A stretch of 64,000 nt of DNA. It comes from Camelus ferus. Taxonomy: Eukaryota. A program made the translations under genes and the position numbers. Shown piece by piece: positions 1-14,487 of this stretch (its first letter is position 1; every line of letters starts with the position of its first letter). The notes under the pieces are model-generated. The model was not told where the DNA came from and did not search any database. It saw nothing but the letters and a program-made list of their open reading frames with translations. Location: positions 83,516,001 through 83,580,000 of the forward strand of contig NC_045696.1 in the NCBI RefSeq assembly GCF_009834535.1, in the 5' to 3' direction.

Positions 1-1379
1 GCCAGAAGACATAATGAGAAAGAGGCACATCTAGACTATGAAACCACAACATCAAAGCAAATTTTTACTAAGAAGATTAGATAGGCAGATTTGCATCCAA
101 CTAGTTTCAGTCTGAAATAAGCCAATGTGGAAAAAGATTTCATTTTCAAATGCCCATTACAATTTCATCTAAGTACCAAGATCACCTCTAGAGAGATACA
201 AAAGAAGCGTAAGCCATAAACGCATATTCTCTTCCTTTAACCCAACAATTTCTCTCTAAAATCAGGAAAGAGAAATATGGCAAGCATCTGAGATTCTCAC
301 TCTCATTTATTCAATAATAAATATATACTGAGTTCCTGCAATGGGAAGGAATCATACTGAATTATTGTTTAGCAATCCCCTAGATCCACATTTTAAAACT
401 CAGTTCTATTCTGCTTAAATGTTTTCAGGTACAAGGAAGGTCAGATTGGTTTTCTTTAAAAGATTCTAGCTTAAAACTATCCATTATGACTGCTGTAATC
501 CTGCAAGAATTATTAAAATGGAATCTTAATTCAACACATAGTAACTTCACAACTGCTGGCTACAGGGTTAGGAATTAGGCAAGAGAAACAGGTCAGGGCA
601 GGTGGGAATGCCAACACAGGGAGTCAGTCATACTAGAGACGTAGGCAGGCTTCTGTAATTCTCTGAGTTACTAGAGCCAAGCACATAGTGTCAAAAAAGA
701 CTGTTTTTCCTTTTGTGGGGGGAAAAAGTTGCAGAGTAGACAAAGAAACAAGAGAATGAAATTGGAAGTCTTCCGATGGCAAATTATTAATGCCTTCTCT
801 TTCAGAAATTGCAAGCAGGCAGAAAAAGGTCTAACCTGAAGAGAAGGATCAAAGACTGAAATAAAAGCTTTGATGCCCAAGTTGCTCTGTAGCCCCAAAG
901 CACTGTAAAGCCATGAATGCAGCTGGGAAGATTGTTAACTCCAAAAAAATTGTAGAATGAATTGGTTACTTAATCCCTGGGAGGATACGAGAGTAGGATT
1001 AGGTAGTGATTAATCGCTTCTGAAATTTAATAATGGCATTTAATTTGAAGCTAGGTATTTATATTTCTTTTGATTTTGCCCCACAGTTTGTACATCTTTA
1101 AAAATACATGCCAATGTTGGTGACTGATTGATCGAAATGTTTTATTTGAATAAAAAGTTTATTTCTCAAAAGATAACTTTACTGAGACTAAGCTACCTTT
1201 CCCAGAGAAAGCCCAGCAGGGCTGATCAGACAGCCACAGCCTTGCAGGACTGTTCATCCTGAGACAAGGACCCAAACGGCTGACAAAATGACTCAAAGAA
1301 AAAGAAATCAACTTTTGAGCCTAATTTTGCAGCCTCAAACTTAAAGCTCCACAACAGGCTAAACAAAATTCTTACTAAT

Positions 1380-1540
1380 CTATTCATTCACTCATTCAAT
1401 AGGCACATTTAAAGCTCAATTTGTTTCAGGCACCTTGCTGGGGGCTAGATAAAAAGCCGCTAAGATTCAATCCTGGCCTCAAAGTCACTATGTAGAGACC
1501 ACAGAACTTTGGACTTTGAAGTGGACTTAAAGGTCATCTT
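1380..1540. mobile_element. L2 3' end followed by a MIR3-like fragment
   Basis: tattcattcactcattcaa...tgtttcaggcaccttgct is an L2 tail; ttgaagtggacttaaaggtcatct is MIR3-like. Confidence 0.45.
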
Positions 1541-3242
1541 TTCCTCTGACTTTGCAAGCTCCTTATGCTGATCCTACCACATGGTCATTCATAATCTAAA
1601 TGTACATCTTCAGCGAGAGGAAACTTACTACCTCCCTGGGCAGAAAGTTCCTTTTTCATTAAAAAAGAAAAAAAGTGTTTAAAAAAAAATAAAGTAGAGC
1701 TCAATATCATGCCCCAAAACAAATAAATAGACTGAAGTAGCCACTTTAAGCCTCTGAAGTTGGATTTCATGCATTTTCTTTTTGCTTAGCAAAAATGTTT
1801 GTGTAATTCAATAAGTGGCACACATACATTCTCTTTATTAATCATCAGGTATCCCAAAACTGTCTTTAACATAAAAGCCTGTTTAGAATCACAATATTGA
1901 GTCTCGACTACTGATTTCCATCTGGTTCCCACAAGTGGCATTTCACAACAAAGATAAATTGAAGCCAGAAGGACCATAATACAGTTTAAAGCCACTAGAA
2001 ATCTCCTGGAAGTCTGTTTTCTGTCCAACCTGATTACTTCTTCCAGGACTCAGGGCCAGGAGAGTGTATTCTATGTTTCTACACAACAGAGTAGGGAATA
2101 TCCCCTTTTTAAACAAAGAGGGAAGTTTCTGACAGTAACAGTGGATCTTTGGGTATGATGAGGACCATCTTCCTTCGTTTTTAAACGTTGTTTGGTTGTT
2201 GTTGTGCCATTATTTTTCTTGAACTGAATGAATATTTACTATTCCATGATAGTAAAATACAACTGATCCAGAATGGCTGAAGACTGTTCTTATTCTCCGA
2301 AAAATGTGATTACCTTAAGGTCATGTACATTTTAGAAGGATTTCAAAATATTTAAGAAGGCAATGAAATATTTACTACTAGCTTCGGCTTAAAGCTTCAG
2401 AAGACATTGAACCATTTCTCTTAACCATCAAGAAAATTCCCTTTCCTTGCTCCTAGGTTAAACCCTAAGAGCATTTAACCCTTACGGTCAAAAGATTTAG
2501 CTAAGTATCAGGCATAATGATCTGTTGAATGAATGAATAAATGAATATGTAACATCTCAACAGAGTTGCAGGATACCCTTTAAGTATCATGTCAGTGACT
2601 TCATTAGACTTATTCATTCTTTTTCAGTACAAAAAGGACTTTGAATCACGCAAAACGTCATCTGTCATTTCCTGTTTATAAAACTATTAGGTTTGTTCAG
2701 CTTTAATTTCCTTATTACCTAACTTTTCTTATTTATTAATAGGCTATGAAAAAGCCTTCTTCATCCTCAAGGATTTTATTTTCCCTGATGTATTTATAAA
2801 ATTTTAATCACTGCTTGTCATGAAAAAAATTTTCAGAGGACACATAGAAAACACATTTTTCCTTCTTTAATTGTGCCACTGTCATAAAGTAGGACTATCT
2901 AAATAAGGAAAAAACTCGAAAAAGAAAGGACTTTGAATCACATTTTTCAAGATATGTCTAATATATTATTTTGTATATTTCTTACATTAGCGTATGAGTC
3001 AATTCCCATTTCCTCCAGTATAAGTCCTTTGTTTGATCTGCTTCCGTTCAATTTTAATTTCCATCTTGCTCACTCTTCTTCTTGTAGTCCTTTGCCATGT
3101 GGCTTCCTCTATTGGTGCCATCAGCATTATCCATAATTCTCTAAGTTAACAATGAAGTTACCATTGAGGTACCTGATGTGCAGACCTTCTCTAACTCATT
3201 GTCAACTACACATTTATATAGTCAAGGTATGTGAGTTTCTCA

Positions 3243-3268
3243 GTGTGTGTGTGTGTGTGTGTGTGTAT
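3243..3268. repeat. (TG)n microsatellite
   Basis: Direct read of a gtgtgt... tract. Confidence 0.95.
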
Positions 3269-4269
3269 GTCTTCTGGGTGAGTGGAAATCATCACAGCTG
3301 AGGCCTATCTGAGACTGTCCTCCTTTGCACATGTGAGTAACCCAAGGCCAGCAACCACGTGCTTTCTCTATTTCATGAGAGTGCTCTACTCACAATGGAC
3401 ATTTCTCACATTAGGACCAAAAGGAAGAACAGTATTTCTCTATTAACTCCAAATAGGTGGAAAAGGAGTCCCATCAACTTGTACACAGACTGTAGGGAAA
3501 AGTAGCTTTAGTTTTCTGTTCAGGTATTCCTGACACATTCTTCAGCCAGCTGTAATGTATTCTTGCTTAATTCACAGATTTATTTTGACCCTTTGCCAAG
3601 GTTAGATGTAATATAAGCAACTCAACAATGCAGCAATTGCAGTATCCTGGAGAAGATGATTTGTGATAAATGAAAGCTAAGCAGGGGTCATGAGAACTCA
3701 CAACAGAACAAAACATATCATCTCCTCTGTCAGAATGAAAAAAATTGCCTTTATTTAAGTGACATAACTAAATCTCCAGTCAAATGTTCTGAAGCAGTCC
3801 CTAAAACCATTTTATTTTATTTTATTTTTCTAAAACAATTTTAAACCATTACAACGACTTCAACAAATGTTCATTAAAAATGCAGGCAGGTTCTTAAAAT
3901 CTCAGGTCTCATGTACTTTACTCTCCCCTCCCCCACACCCCTCAGTCTCAGGCGTTGTTCAGAATTAACAGACTATAAACATGTTATTTTTACACTTGTC
4001 TTCTGTGGTTTGCCAATTGATTCAAAAACAGATGGGTTAAACCATTACTTCCAACCCACTTAGGCAGTCCAGATACTACCATTCTCATCAGTGATGAGGA
4101 AAGCCTTCATCCAATATCATTCTACCCACCTAAAGCAGCTGCAGAATGCTACTTAATTTCCTTCGTGCCCCACACTCACTAGAAAGAACAGAGACCCAAA
4201 GCACTTTATTCTTGAAGGAGAAGAGACGCAAGAAGAGAGTCCCCTTCTGAGAGAGTTTAATCCAGCTGA

Positions 4270-4918
4270 CAATTTAGAGGGAACTGTCCCCACAAGAACC
4301 ACTCTCATTTCTGACACTAACTCCAAGGTCAAAGGTTCCCAAAATCACCCTCATGTCCAATAATTTATTAGAAGGACTCACAAAAAGTACTAAAAGCTAC
4401 TGTATTAAAATCAGCCAAGGAAAGACGTGCATAGGGTGGAGTCAGGAAGTATCAAAAAGGGACCTTCCATCCTCCTCTCCTTGTAGAACCAGAACATGTT
4501 ACTTTGCTGACATCAGTGTGTGACAATATGCATGGACTGCTGCCAATCAGGGAAGCTCAGCGGAGCCCTATGTTCAGAGTTTTTATGGAAACTCCATTAC
4601 ATGGGCATGATTGATTGACTGACTGATTGCCCACTTAGTTGATTTCAGTCTCCAATCTCCAGTTCCTCTGATAGTGACCCGAAGCCCCTACCATAAGTCA
4701 CATTGTTGGTCTTTCAGATGTGGCAAGACCTCAACCTAAGACTATCCAGGTGTGCCCAGTCCCCACCCTATGTCATATTGTTAGACTATCCAGTGACCCA
4801 AGACCCCTAGGTAAATATTCCTATCATATAATTATATTCCAAGGGTCTAGAGATTACCTCCCTAAAGCTGAGGTCAAAGGACAGAGTCTTTTTGCATAAG
4901 GTTGTGTTCTTTACCGTA
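4270..4918 (-). mobile_element. MER21-family LTR (ERVL group)
   Basis: tgtccccacaag...ttctgacac...tagaaggactcaca...aaaatcagccaagg...ttccaagggtctagagattacctcc match the recalled MER21 consensus in reverse orientation. Confidence 0.75.
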
Positions 4919-5399
4919 TCTCTTCCTTTTCTCATAAACTTTTGATTTGGGGCATTCATCTCAATGGTAAATATATTCATTATGATTGTAACTATCCTCT
5001 TGGGCATTATGAAGGTCAGCAAAGATGTATTTAATAAAATAGAGATTTAAAAAGTTAGTTTATAGTAGAATATGTACGGCAGCAAGGGACAGGAGGGTGG
5101 TAGGTGGAAAAGGCAGTATGATGCCTAGTCAGAAACTCAGACCTTGGCATTATGGGCTTGGAACAAATTTGACAAGAGCTTTTTCACTTGATGGCAGTAG
5201 TGAAGAAGTGAATAGCCACCAACCTCTACTATTTGTCCAGGAGGGGACAGACGAAGCTAGCTCTGCACCTCTGGATGGAAAGAGCATGAACAGTAGGATA
5301 CACAGTACACTCAGAGCATTCTTCAAAGCTCCCCTGGATGACAAGACCGCACTACCTGCTGACTTCCAGAACTCAGTCACCACTTCGGTTAAGCTACTC

Positions 5400-5549
5400 C
5401 AGCCATCCCTCCATGGGGTACTGGTTCCAGGACCCCACCAAGGGCACCAAAATCCACAGGTACTCAAGTCCCTTAAATGAAATGGCTTGGTCCAGTTGGC
5501 CCTCCGTGTCCGTGGATGCAGAACCCAAAGATATGGAGGGTGGACTGTA
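5400..5549 (+). mobile_element. MER2/MER8-like TcMar-Tigger MITE, internally deleted
   Basis: ctggttccaggacccc...ccaaaatccacagg.actcaagtccctta and the terminal gtggatgcagaaccc...atatggagggtggactgta. Confidence 0.7.
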
Positions 5550-5839
5550 TGTTAGATCAGTAGTTTCCAACTTTAGCTTGAAGTTGTTTACTAGTACAAG
5601 CAATGGAGCTAAGTTCTGATGGATGAAGGAGAGAAAAGAGAAAAATATAAATTATGAAAACTGCATGAGGGCCTGAATGGAGAAAGAGGAGAGAGAATTC
5701 CCCAACCCCACTCTGCCCCTTCCACTTAATTATCCCAGGACAATTCATATTATAGCCGAAAAACAAAAAGTGTTTATTGGGGCCCACGGCAAGTCCCGCT
5801 TATCCCCAGGCAGCTGTGGGACAATACAAATCAGTGCCA

Positions 5840-6050
5840 TAAAACACTGGAGTTAAAGATCTGAGTTAAAGCCTTGGCTCAGCTGCTAACAAGCTGTGAC
5901 TCAGGCACATCAGTTACGCTTTCTGAGTTTCTATCACTTCAATTCTAATTTATGAATAATATGAAGAGTGGTTGTGAGGCTGAGCTGAGATAACATATGG
6001 GAAAGCATCCTGTTAAATGTATGTTTTTTTTTAACTATTATATAAATATA
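5840..6050 (+). mobile_element. MIR SINE
   Basis: MIR core: agctgtgactcaggca...ttctgagtttct...gttgtgaggctgagctgagataac. Confidence 0.7.
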
Positions 6051-8174
6051 ACATTATTAGTTGAACAGATTAGAAAAAGGTTTTAGCTTTTTTATTTTCA
6101 ATTTTGCCAATGTAGATACATATATACATATATATATCTATGCATACACACATATATATCCCCCAGAGCAATTGGGTCCTACAAAATGATAATATTTGAA
6201 GAATATTAATCAAAAAATTGTATCAAAAATAATAATATTTCAAGATACCCTCATAAAAGGGATATTCAGTCACGGGTTTGGAATGCACAGGAGTCTAGAT
6301 ACACTTCTGAGAGTCACAATACACCTTAGCACACTGAAGGCTCTGGAAAATCCTACAAGAATGAACAGAGTGTAAGGCTATTTGACAAAGAATTTTCCAA
6401 ACTTATTTGAACAGAGAAACTTCATTTCCTGCAACACTCCTTAAAATCCAATGGAAACAGTGATCTAGAGAATACATTTTGAGAAATATAGTAAAGCGGA
6501 TTATTCATGTTTAAAAAATATAATAATAAGGCATTATTTCCCACACATCCAGCTTTATACTAGCTTGACAGTAAGGAAGAGGGCGCCCTACACAGATGCT
6601 CCTGGTGAGAAAAGACTCGAATCTGCAGTGAAGTTTGCACCTTCAGTATCGTCTAGTCTCTCAATTCTCTTCCCATCAATACTCTCCACCCTTTATCTTC
6701 CCTGGAATTTGACTTCTGGCTTTATCTCCTCCAGTCTCCTACTTTGCCTTTTTCAGGAAATGGACCTTTAAATAACCCTCAAAAATTCCATGACCAGGTT
6801 GACTGGGTCCCCAGGACCCCCTTGTTGGGAGGACATCACCGAGGTAGCAGACCCACCAGGAGCTTCCTCCTCCTCCTCCCTGCACTCCCCAAATGCAGCC
6901 TCACTGGACTGCCCTGAAAGCAGAGACTCCTGAAGAGAAGTTTCATTTTTCTCTACCCAGCACCCTGATCACTATAGGGAATTTTAATGAGTGTTTATCA
7001 TACTGATAGTTTCTAACACTAACCAGCCTAAACGCTAATGGAGAAATGTGGACACTCCATTCCATCTACAGCTGGTATTAGTCGGCTTTTACAATAGACT
7101 AAGGAATTTATGGTTTCAAAAATGTCTAAGAAATGAAGTTGCACCATCCAAATTAAGTGACACATCCCAATTACTGACGGTCATGCTGTTAATTCTTGCC
7201 TAGTTCACTATGCCCAGATATAAATAACCCTAAATAAAATCTAACCTTCCACCCCAGCCCCCACCCCCGACACACAAATTCAAATTCAAATGGCATGCAA
7301 AAACTCAGTTATGCTATTCCCCCCAAAAAATGAACAGTATTGATTTTTGCAAAATAGCATGTTAACTTTTTTATCCAAATTTCTTCCTTCAAACTACGCT
7401 TATCAAGTTTCTTAAGAGAAAATGGGACTTACAATAGTCAAAAAACCAAAAAGGGCATTTTTAAGTTTTATTGTGTACCTGATAGAATAACAGAAGTCTG
7501 ATATTTAAAGAAACTATAACAGCAACAAAAACAACAAAAACCTTTTGGCAGCAAGCAATGAAAAAGAAGAAATGACAAATGACTACATGCAAGAATTGGC
7601 CATTTCAATGACATAACATTTTCCTTTCCTTTGGATTTTCAATCTCTTTCCATTGTATTACAGCTATATGTTTTAAATACATTTTTACATAAAGATGCTC
7701 ATCTTAGTATCTTCAGTGGCATTATATAGCTGAGGAGTTGAGATCCAAACTATCAGCTTGGCAATAATGAGCAGCACAGTATTAATATGCATCTTATTTG
7801 CATAACTCCTCAAGTCCAGCTCCCCACCATGACTTGGTTCCTGGGTCTCTTTTAGTGTATTTCTAAGAACACCATTCATCACATGATAATGATCTGTTTT
7901 CCCATCTCTGTAACAAGAATGTAGCCTTTTCAACAGCAGAGCTGTATATTTCTCACACAGGTTCCAAGAGTCCCTCATACGTATGTATATAACGAGTAAA
8001 GCTTTAAAGAAAATCATTTAGCCCATACCTTTTGCAGGAAGATTGTTTTCTCAGCATACTGACCAGGTTTAAGTGCTAAAAATAAACTATAAATCCCTTA
8101 TGTCCCTTTCAGGGAAATGATATCAACTATATTTTTCATATCAGGGGCGCTATTACATTTTAAAGAAACAGCAT

Positions 8175-8430
8175 CACATCATGACTGAAAGGACGAACTC
8201 GGGAGCCAGGCTGCCCGAGTCCACACCCCAGGTCTATCATTGACTATATGTACGACCTCACGTAAGTTACTTAGCGTCTCTTTACGTCAGATGTGTCACT
8301 GTAAAAGGGAACAATCAATGGCACTTACCTTATGGGACTGTCATGAGTAGCAAATGAACTGACATGTATAAACATTTAGGACGGCACTTAACACACAGAA
8401 AACATTATTTACGAGTTAGCTATTATTGTC
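8175..8430 (+). mobile_element. MIR SINE, near full length
   Basis: ggagccaggctgcc...gacctcacgtaagttacttagcgtctc...acttaccttatggg...gttagctattatt. Confidence 0.8.
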
Positions 8431-9059
8431 ACTACTATCCATCTTCAACGTTTTCTAGCCCATCACTAATTACACCCCGCAGAATCAAATGACCTGGATG
8501 GTGCTAGGTCATCCTCTCCTAAGGTTGTCATACTTGCAATATCAGGCAATTCTCATGCTCTCTTTTTTAAACTGCATCTTATGGTTGCTAACACCAGCCA
8601 TGCAGAGCATACCTAGAAGGGTATGTTAGTAAAAGCATTGCCAAGGCTTCTATTTTCAAATCAGTGTCAGGGTAGTAAACCTTCTGTATGGATTCCAAAT
8701 AAGATGGCCCTTTACTAGGCCCACAGGAAGATGTCCAAAAGTAATTTCTTTACTTTCCTCATCAATGGTCTATCTGTCCCTTTACTGTACTTGTCTCAAT
8801 TCCAGCCAATACTGCCAAAACCTTCTGTCAAGTTATAGAAAGCACAATGCAGTCGCCTTACTATGGACTTGCTAGAACCCTGCTGAGGGCTTAAGTCTCT
8901 AAGGCAATGCATCTCTATGATGAACAAAGTAATTCTGAATTTTACCCTATCAGCTCATGCTAAGAACGCATATCAATTTATCTCCACAATATAACCTGCA
9001 TTTCATCTCATACTCTCTCCTAGTAATGCTCATTTAGTATCGCAGATTAATAAGCATGT

Positions 9060-9190
9060 TCAATTAGTGACTTTGCATTTTTTCCAAATTATATCTTCTT
9101 CCCACACTAATTTTATAACTCAATTAAAATAAGCCATTAAGTTTTCTTAGCATGATTTGCTCTTTATAAACCCCCTGCCACTTTCTCCCC
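9060..9190 (-). mobile_element. CR1/L3 LINE reverse-transcriptase remnant
   Basis: The minus strand reads GFIKSKSC*ENLMAYFN*VIKLV..DII, resembling the CR1 RT motif GFxKxKSCLTNLIxFYDxVTxLVD...D.IY. Confidence 0.5.
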
Positions 9191-9264
9191 ATTTTCCTCA
9201 TTTCAATAGGCCTACTGACGAAATGAAGCTGTGGATAAAGAGAAAATGTCTTCTAAACTTCCTA

Positions 9265-9728
9265 GATTAGTTTTCCAGGACTGCTGTAACTAACTAACAC
9301 AAACTGAGCAGCTTAAACAACAGAAACCTACTGTCTCACAGTTCTAGGGACTGGACGTCTAAAAGCACAGTGTCAGCAGGTGACCTCCCTGTGTGTACTG
9401 TCAGGGAACACCCTTCCCATGCCTCTCTTCCAGCTTCGGGTGCTTTGCTGGCAATCCTTGACACTCTTTGGCTTATAAATGCATCACCCTGATCTCTGCC
9501 CGCATCTTCCCATAGTATTCTCCCTGTGTGCATGCCTCTACGTCCAAATCCCCCTTTTCATAAGGACACCAGTCATACTGGATTAGGGTCCCACCTTACT
9601 TCAGTATGATAGCACCTGAACTAATTATATCTGCAAAATCGTATTTCTAAATGAGGTCACATTCTGAACTACTATGGGGTTAGGATTTCAAAATACAAAT
9701 CTGGGGTGATACAATTCAATCTATACCA
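9265..9728 (-). mobile_element. MLT1C/MLT1D MaLR solo LTR
   Basis: attagtttt...ctgctgtaac...gcttaaacaacagaaa...ctcacagttct...taaggacaccagtcatactggattaggg...acaattcaa. Confidence 0.85.
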
Positions 9729-10129
9729 TTTCTCCAATTCAAAATGTTCTTGGAGACACGGCGTCTTAAGAAAATACTTTGGTCCAATCTCCTATTCTAC
9801 CTGCTCATAGAACAGATGAGATCTATCATGGTGAGAGCTCATTGGACTCCTTGACTGGAACCTACTGGCTGCTTGAAAACCACTGGTGACCCAACACCCA
9901 AGGTTTGCTCAGATTTCCCACAGGATGGGAACCGAAGAAACAGCAGAAGCCTTTCCCACGTCACTGTGTGCACTTCCCTTAAAGATCCTCCAGGAATTTA
10001 CAGTCAACAAAAAGAAGTAATGGTTGGATAACGCTTTCTACCTTACAGATCACCTCATATGACTCTCACAGATAACAACACGACTAACAGATAATTATGT
10101 CAAGGATTATTACAAAGAGGCCATGGCTT

Positions 10130-10470
10130 AAAGCTTAAGCTTGCAGACGCTGAGCCAGAGCACTTGGACATGGATGCCAGATCCCCTACTTCCCAGTTGT
10201 CTGATCTTTGGATAGGTTGGGATGCTTCAGCTGGATACAAAAATGGGACAAATAAAGAGTATTAACCTCATAGACTTGTTGTAAGGATTAATAATTTCAT
10301 CCATGTAAATATAGAATAGTGCCTGGTTCATGGAAGGTGGTCAGGAAAATTAGAGGCATTATTATTTTACAAATGGTGACATCAAAGCTCAGGGATATAA
10401 AATGACTTCTCCAATACAGTGCAAGTGGTCACTGGTGTGACCTAACTTCAACCCCAGAACTTGTGAGGGT
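10130..10470. mobile_element. Two adjacent MIR fragments in opposite orientation
   Basis: A plus-strand MIR (aacctcatagacttgttgtaaggatta) is followed by a minus-strand core (attttacaaatggtgacatcaaagctcagg). Confidence 0.6.
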
Positions 10471-11019
10471 TTTTCATGTCACTGGATAGCATTCCAGCAA
10501 CACTCCATTTTTGAGGTGCATAAATATCACTCTTTGAAGTAATGGAGACAGCTGGGGACTCTGGCCTAGGGATAGAGTACCAACCAGCAGTGTTCTATGT
10601 TCAAGAAACTCTGTCTGCTAAACTGTCTGTTCAGTGAACCTGATTTAAGGAAGACACAGTCCTTGAAGATCCAGTAACCACCTCTGCATAAGGTTCTGGA
10701 AGAGCCAGTTTGGCTGGACGAAGAAAAATTAAGAAACTGCTGCCCTGGACATAAGCGAAGCCACGTTTTTTTGCCATGTCCCATGTGCATCTCTTACTGT
10801 AGCCAAGAGAACTACTTGTATTATTATTGTTCCTTGAACTTGCTTTGCTTTTAATGTCTCTGGGAAACAGTTTATTTCCTATGCCCCATTTCATATTATT
10901 GTTCTGTTTATCTTAAGACTAAGTTGTATTTTTTATTTTCAAATCTTCTCATAAAACTTCATTTATCTCCTTGCATCACACAGAGCAACGCTCTCCTGTT
11001 CTCCTGTGTTCTCTGGGAC

Positions 11020-11215
11020 AGAACCATCCTCCAGCATAGCACTTGCGAGAGATGTTACAATCACTGATTTCCTGGTCTCTATTTCCCACCACACTAAGGA
11101 TGCTGTATTTGTTTTGGTGTCTGCAGTACCTAGCACATAGCCTGATGTATTAATAGCTACTGACTAACTGGAAGACTGACTAGAAGAATGAATGAATAAA
11201 TGAATGAATGAATAT
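11020..11215 (+). mobile_element. L2 3' end
   Basis: cagtacctagcacatagcctga...gaatgaatgaataaatgaatgaatgaa tail. Confidence 0.75.
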
Positions 11216-11899
11216 ATAGATTAAAGAAATAAGAAGAGCTCAGAGTCTTAGCATCCAACCATTAGGCACATTATAACTCAACTTCTTACCAGGGAAAGGG
11301 AAGACGGAGTAAGTGCTGAGGAGAAAAGGAGTCACTTTGCATGTGATACAAATCAGTTAATGAAGCTCCAAGTTGTTCTGCCTCGATCCACAGAATTAAA
11401 AAGGAGACTGTTTCACCACCAGCTATCTAGCTTGATTTGCATGTGTTCAGATCTTCAAAGTATTCCCTTTGATTCCTTTAATCAATAGTTATTTTAGAAA
11501 GCTCTTCATTACTTCCTAATTGTCCAAATTCATTTTCTTCATTTTTCTTTATTAGAGGCAGATTTTTCACATGGGTTAAGTAGATCAGCAATTTTATAAT
11601 CATTATCAACTTCAAGCGTTTCTCTCATTTATTAGCATGTCCTTTCTCTCTCTGGGATTGGATTCTTTTCTCCATTTCTGAAATGTCATCTGGTTCATTT
11701 TCTAAACTTCCTTTTCTCCCCATACATGTCAAATAAGGTAAACTTTAGCCTATAATAAAAGCAACCCATGTCTACTCTGACTCTAGATATTTTAATTTAT
11801 CAGATCTCCAGTTTTAGATGAAGATGCAAGTAATTCCCTATTACATTAACTTGTCAAAAAAATAAGTAAATAATTTGCATTCATCTAGATTTTTAGTCT

Positions 11900-12140
11900 G
11901 CCAAAACCAGTAAACTGGCAAAGTCATTACCGTGGCCCAAAAATCACTTCACAAGTAATTGAACCTAACAGTCCCACTGCTGGGAATCTGTATCATGGAA
12001 GTAAAAGCAGCATGTTATTACAGCACTGATCTTTGTGCCAAAAAAACTGGAAAAAAATGAATGTCCATCAAAAAATGAGTAGTTTAAAATGTATGGCACA
12101 TCACTACCATGAAATCTTATGCAACTGTTTGTATATGATC
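11900..12140 (+). mobile_element. Old L1 (L1M) fragment
   Basis: acagtcccactgctgggaatct...aaaaaactggaaa...aatgtccatcaa...atggcacatc. Confidence 0.65.
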
Positions 12141-12503
12141 CTATGAGACCAGAGGAATATACAAAAGAGTATTCAGAAGATTGTAATCTAGGGCGGGAAG
12201 AGAAAGTTGGATGGGAAGAGAAGAAAAAGTAACGTAAGAAAAACAGAGGGACATTCATGTCAAAACAGTATATATGATCTCATTTAATTAAAATTGCATA
12301 TATTGTCTAATTATCATATATTGTATGACTATGACTAAATATACATTAAAAAGTGACCACATGTTTTTCTAAGGGCACAAGAACCATACATTTTTACTTT
12401 TTTATATTGTATATACTGTTAATTTTTAATAATTTAAATTTTTTAGGATTTGAATTATTTTTATCATTTGAATCGTTGTTTATATAATTTGAAAAACAGT
12501 GAA

Positions 12504-12543
12504 TATATATATGTATATATACACACACACACACACACACACC
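12504..12543. repeat. (TA)n(CA)n microsatellite
   Basis: Direct read. Confidence 0.9.
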
Positions 12544-14487
12544 ATATTTAGAGAGAGTAATGTCAATCAGACCAAGGATTATACACTCATAATTCAGAAC
12601 TCAAATCCAGCCATTGGATAAGAGACAGGTTATAGGCAGTACCTCCAGACTATAATCCACCTGCTTGATAGAGTATGTATATGCCCTTTCAATTACATTC
12701 TTTTTAAAAACAGTCTTTTCTAATTTTCATTTTTGATCCACTGTCAAGACTCAGTTCATGTCATTCATTCTTAACTGTCTTGTAAACACATTTGGACAAC
12801 AACACTAAAAAAGGCAATGCAGACTCCTAATGGTATTCTGTAAGGTTGGTCTCCCCCAGTGACTTATGGAAATTTTTGGTATACAAACAAACTTGTGGAA
12901 AACACACACTGATTCTGCCTATGTTTAAAATAATCCAGTATTTTCACCAACACAAAACTAAAAACTACAAAATCTAGCTACTTAATTACTTTGGTAAATA
13001 AAAATTGTTAAGAAATTGAAATAATCAAAATATTCAAGTACTGATGTAGAAAAATAAAGAATAAATTAATCCAGGTGTAATTTCTAGGTCATTATCATTA
13101 CCATATGTCTCTTAATTACCTCTCCCCTCAGGGACTTGATGTTTTGCAAGATTTATTCTACTAAAACAAATGAATTAATAAAGTAATAATTAATTACTTT
13201 TTAAATTCTTAATGAATTAATGACATGTGTTGAGCTACTGATCAAGACGAAGAAACCAGTGTTGCCCACATAGTTGAAACAATTACTTAAGGGCAAATAA
13301 TTCAATCTCATGGATCAACATACAGGTCTGTCAATGTCTTAAAAATAATGGGAACAGTTGAAGATACACCTCAGATCTCAAGGTATACACTGCCCTCTAT
13401 TTCAGAATCAGTGTTCCATTGTCAAAGAATAAATTGGTATTGAAAATTGGCTTTATTTTAATTCACAATTTTTTTTTAAAAAAAGCAAACAACCTAGAAA
13501 AAGTATCAAGATTAATTTACAAGAAAAATAGCTTTTAAGGTGACCCATGAAAAACGTGAGCCTGAACCTTACGCCAAGGGCAGAGGAGGCAAATGGACAT
13601 GAGTGATGAGCTCTCAGCAACCTTCCAATTCCACTGACAAAGATTCAGGTAGGGATAAGAGAAGGCAAACACATCAGCAGAAGGTAATTCATACGATAGT
13701 TTTGTTAGTTTTTTACACCTATTTCTTTAACTTCTATACAATAGGTTTTGTTTTGTTTTTTCTGCCTTGCAAAGATAAATGCAGACGCATTCACATTCTC
13801 TGGAGACCAGAATCAGATGATCAAGTCAAAACAACTCCTTTTGAAACCACCCAATCTCAGAGCAGATACAGTAAAAGATAAATCATTGGCCATTTTGAAG
13901 ATTTCCTGTACAAGAAACATCTTAAAGGTACATGTCCAAAGCTGACAGTTGATTAAGCTCCATCCTTGAAAACTAGGTTACCAGGTTTTGAAACTTTGAG
14001 AATCATGCAAGTGTCAGGTTTTTCTGCGCTTTTTTCTTTTTTAAACAAAGGACACTAAAGTAGTAAATATCACATCACACTGCATTTGTCTTAATACCCA
14101 CTTTGTTTATTCACAAACCACATAAATCTCACAAAAGAATACTATACCAGCGCTTCCAAACCATGGCTCCGTTAAAGATTTAACATCTGAGGTCAGAAAG
14201 AGGTTTTCTTATTAAGCTGCCATTTCCTTTACAAAATAAGAGTATTCTGTACTTACCGCTACCCTTTGAACTCTGATAGTGAATAATTAAAACTAAACTG
14301 CAAAGCATAATTTGTGAGGCTAAGTACTCTGTAGGTTGTAGGTTTTTGCTTAGTGGCTCATTTTAAATGCTCACCAGTCCCCGGAGGGATAACTCTGCCA
14401 TTAGTCAGAATCGACAAACATGACCTGTCCCCAAAAGCAAGGCAGACAGCATCAAATCACAATAAAATGGCCTTGTTGGCGACTCAC

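Noticed and set aside
1..14487. Further EGFEM1 exons (cbEGF 'DINEC...') or the mir-551b hairpin downstream of the EGF exon
   Set aside because: I found no Cys-patterned exon or mir-551b mature sequence by eye. They probably lie beyond the window start, but a missed degenerate exon cannot be excluded.
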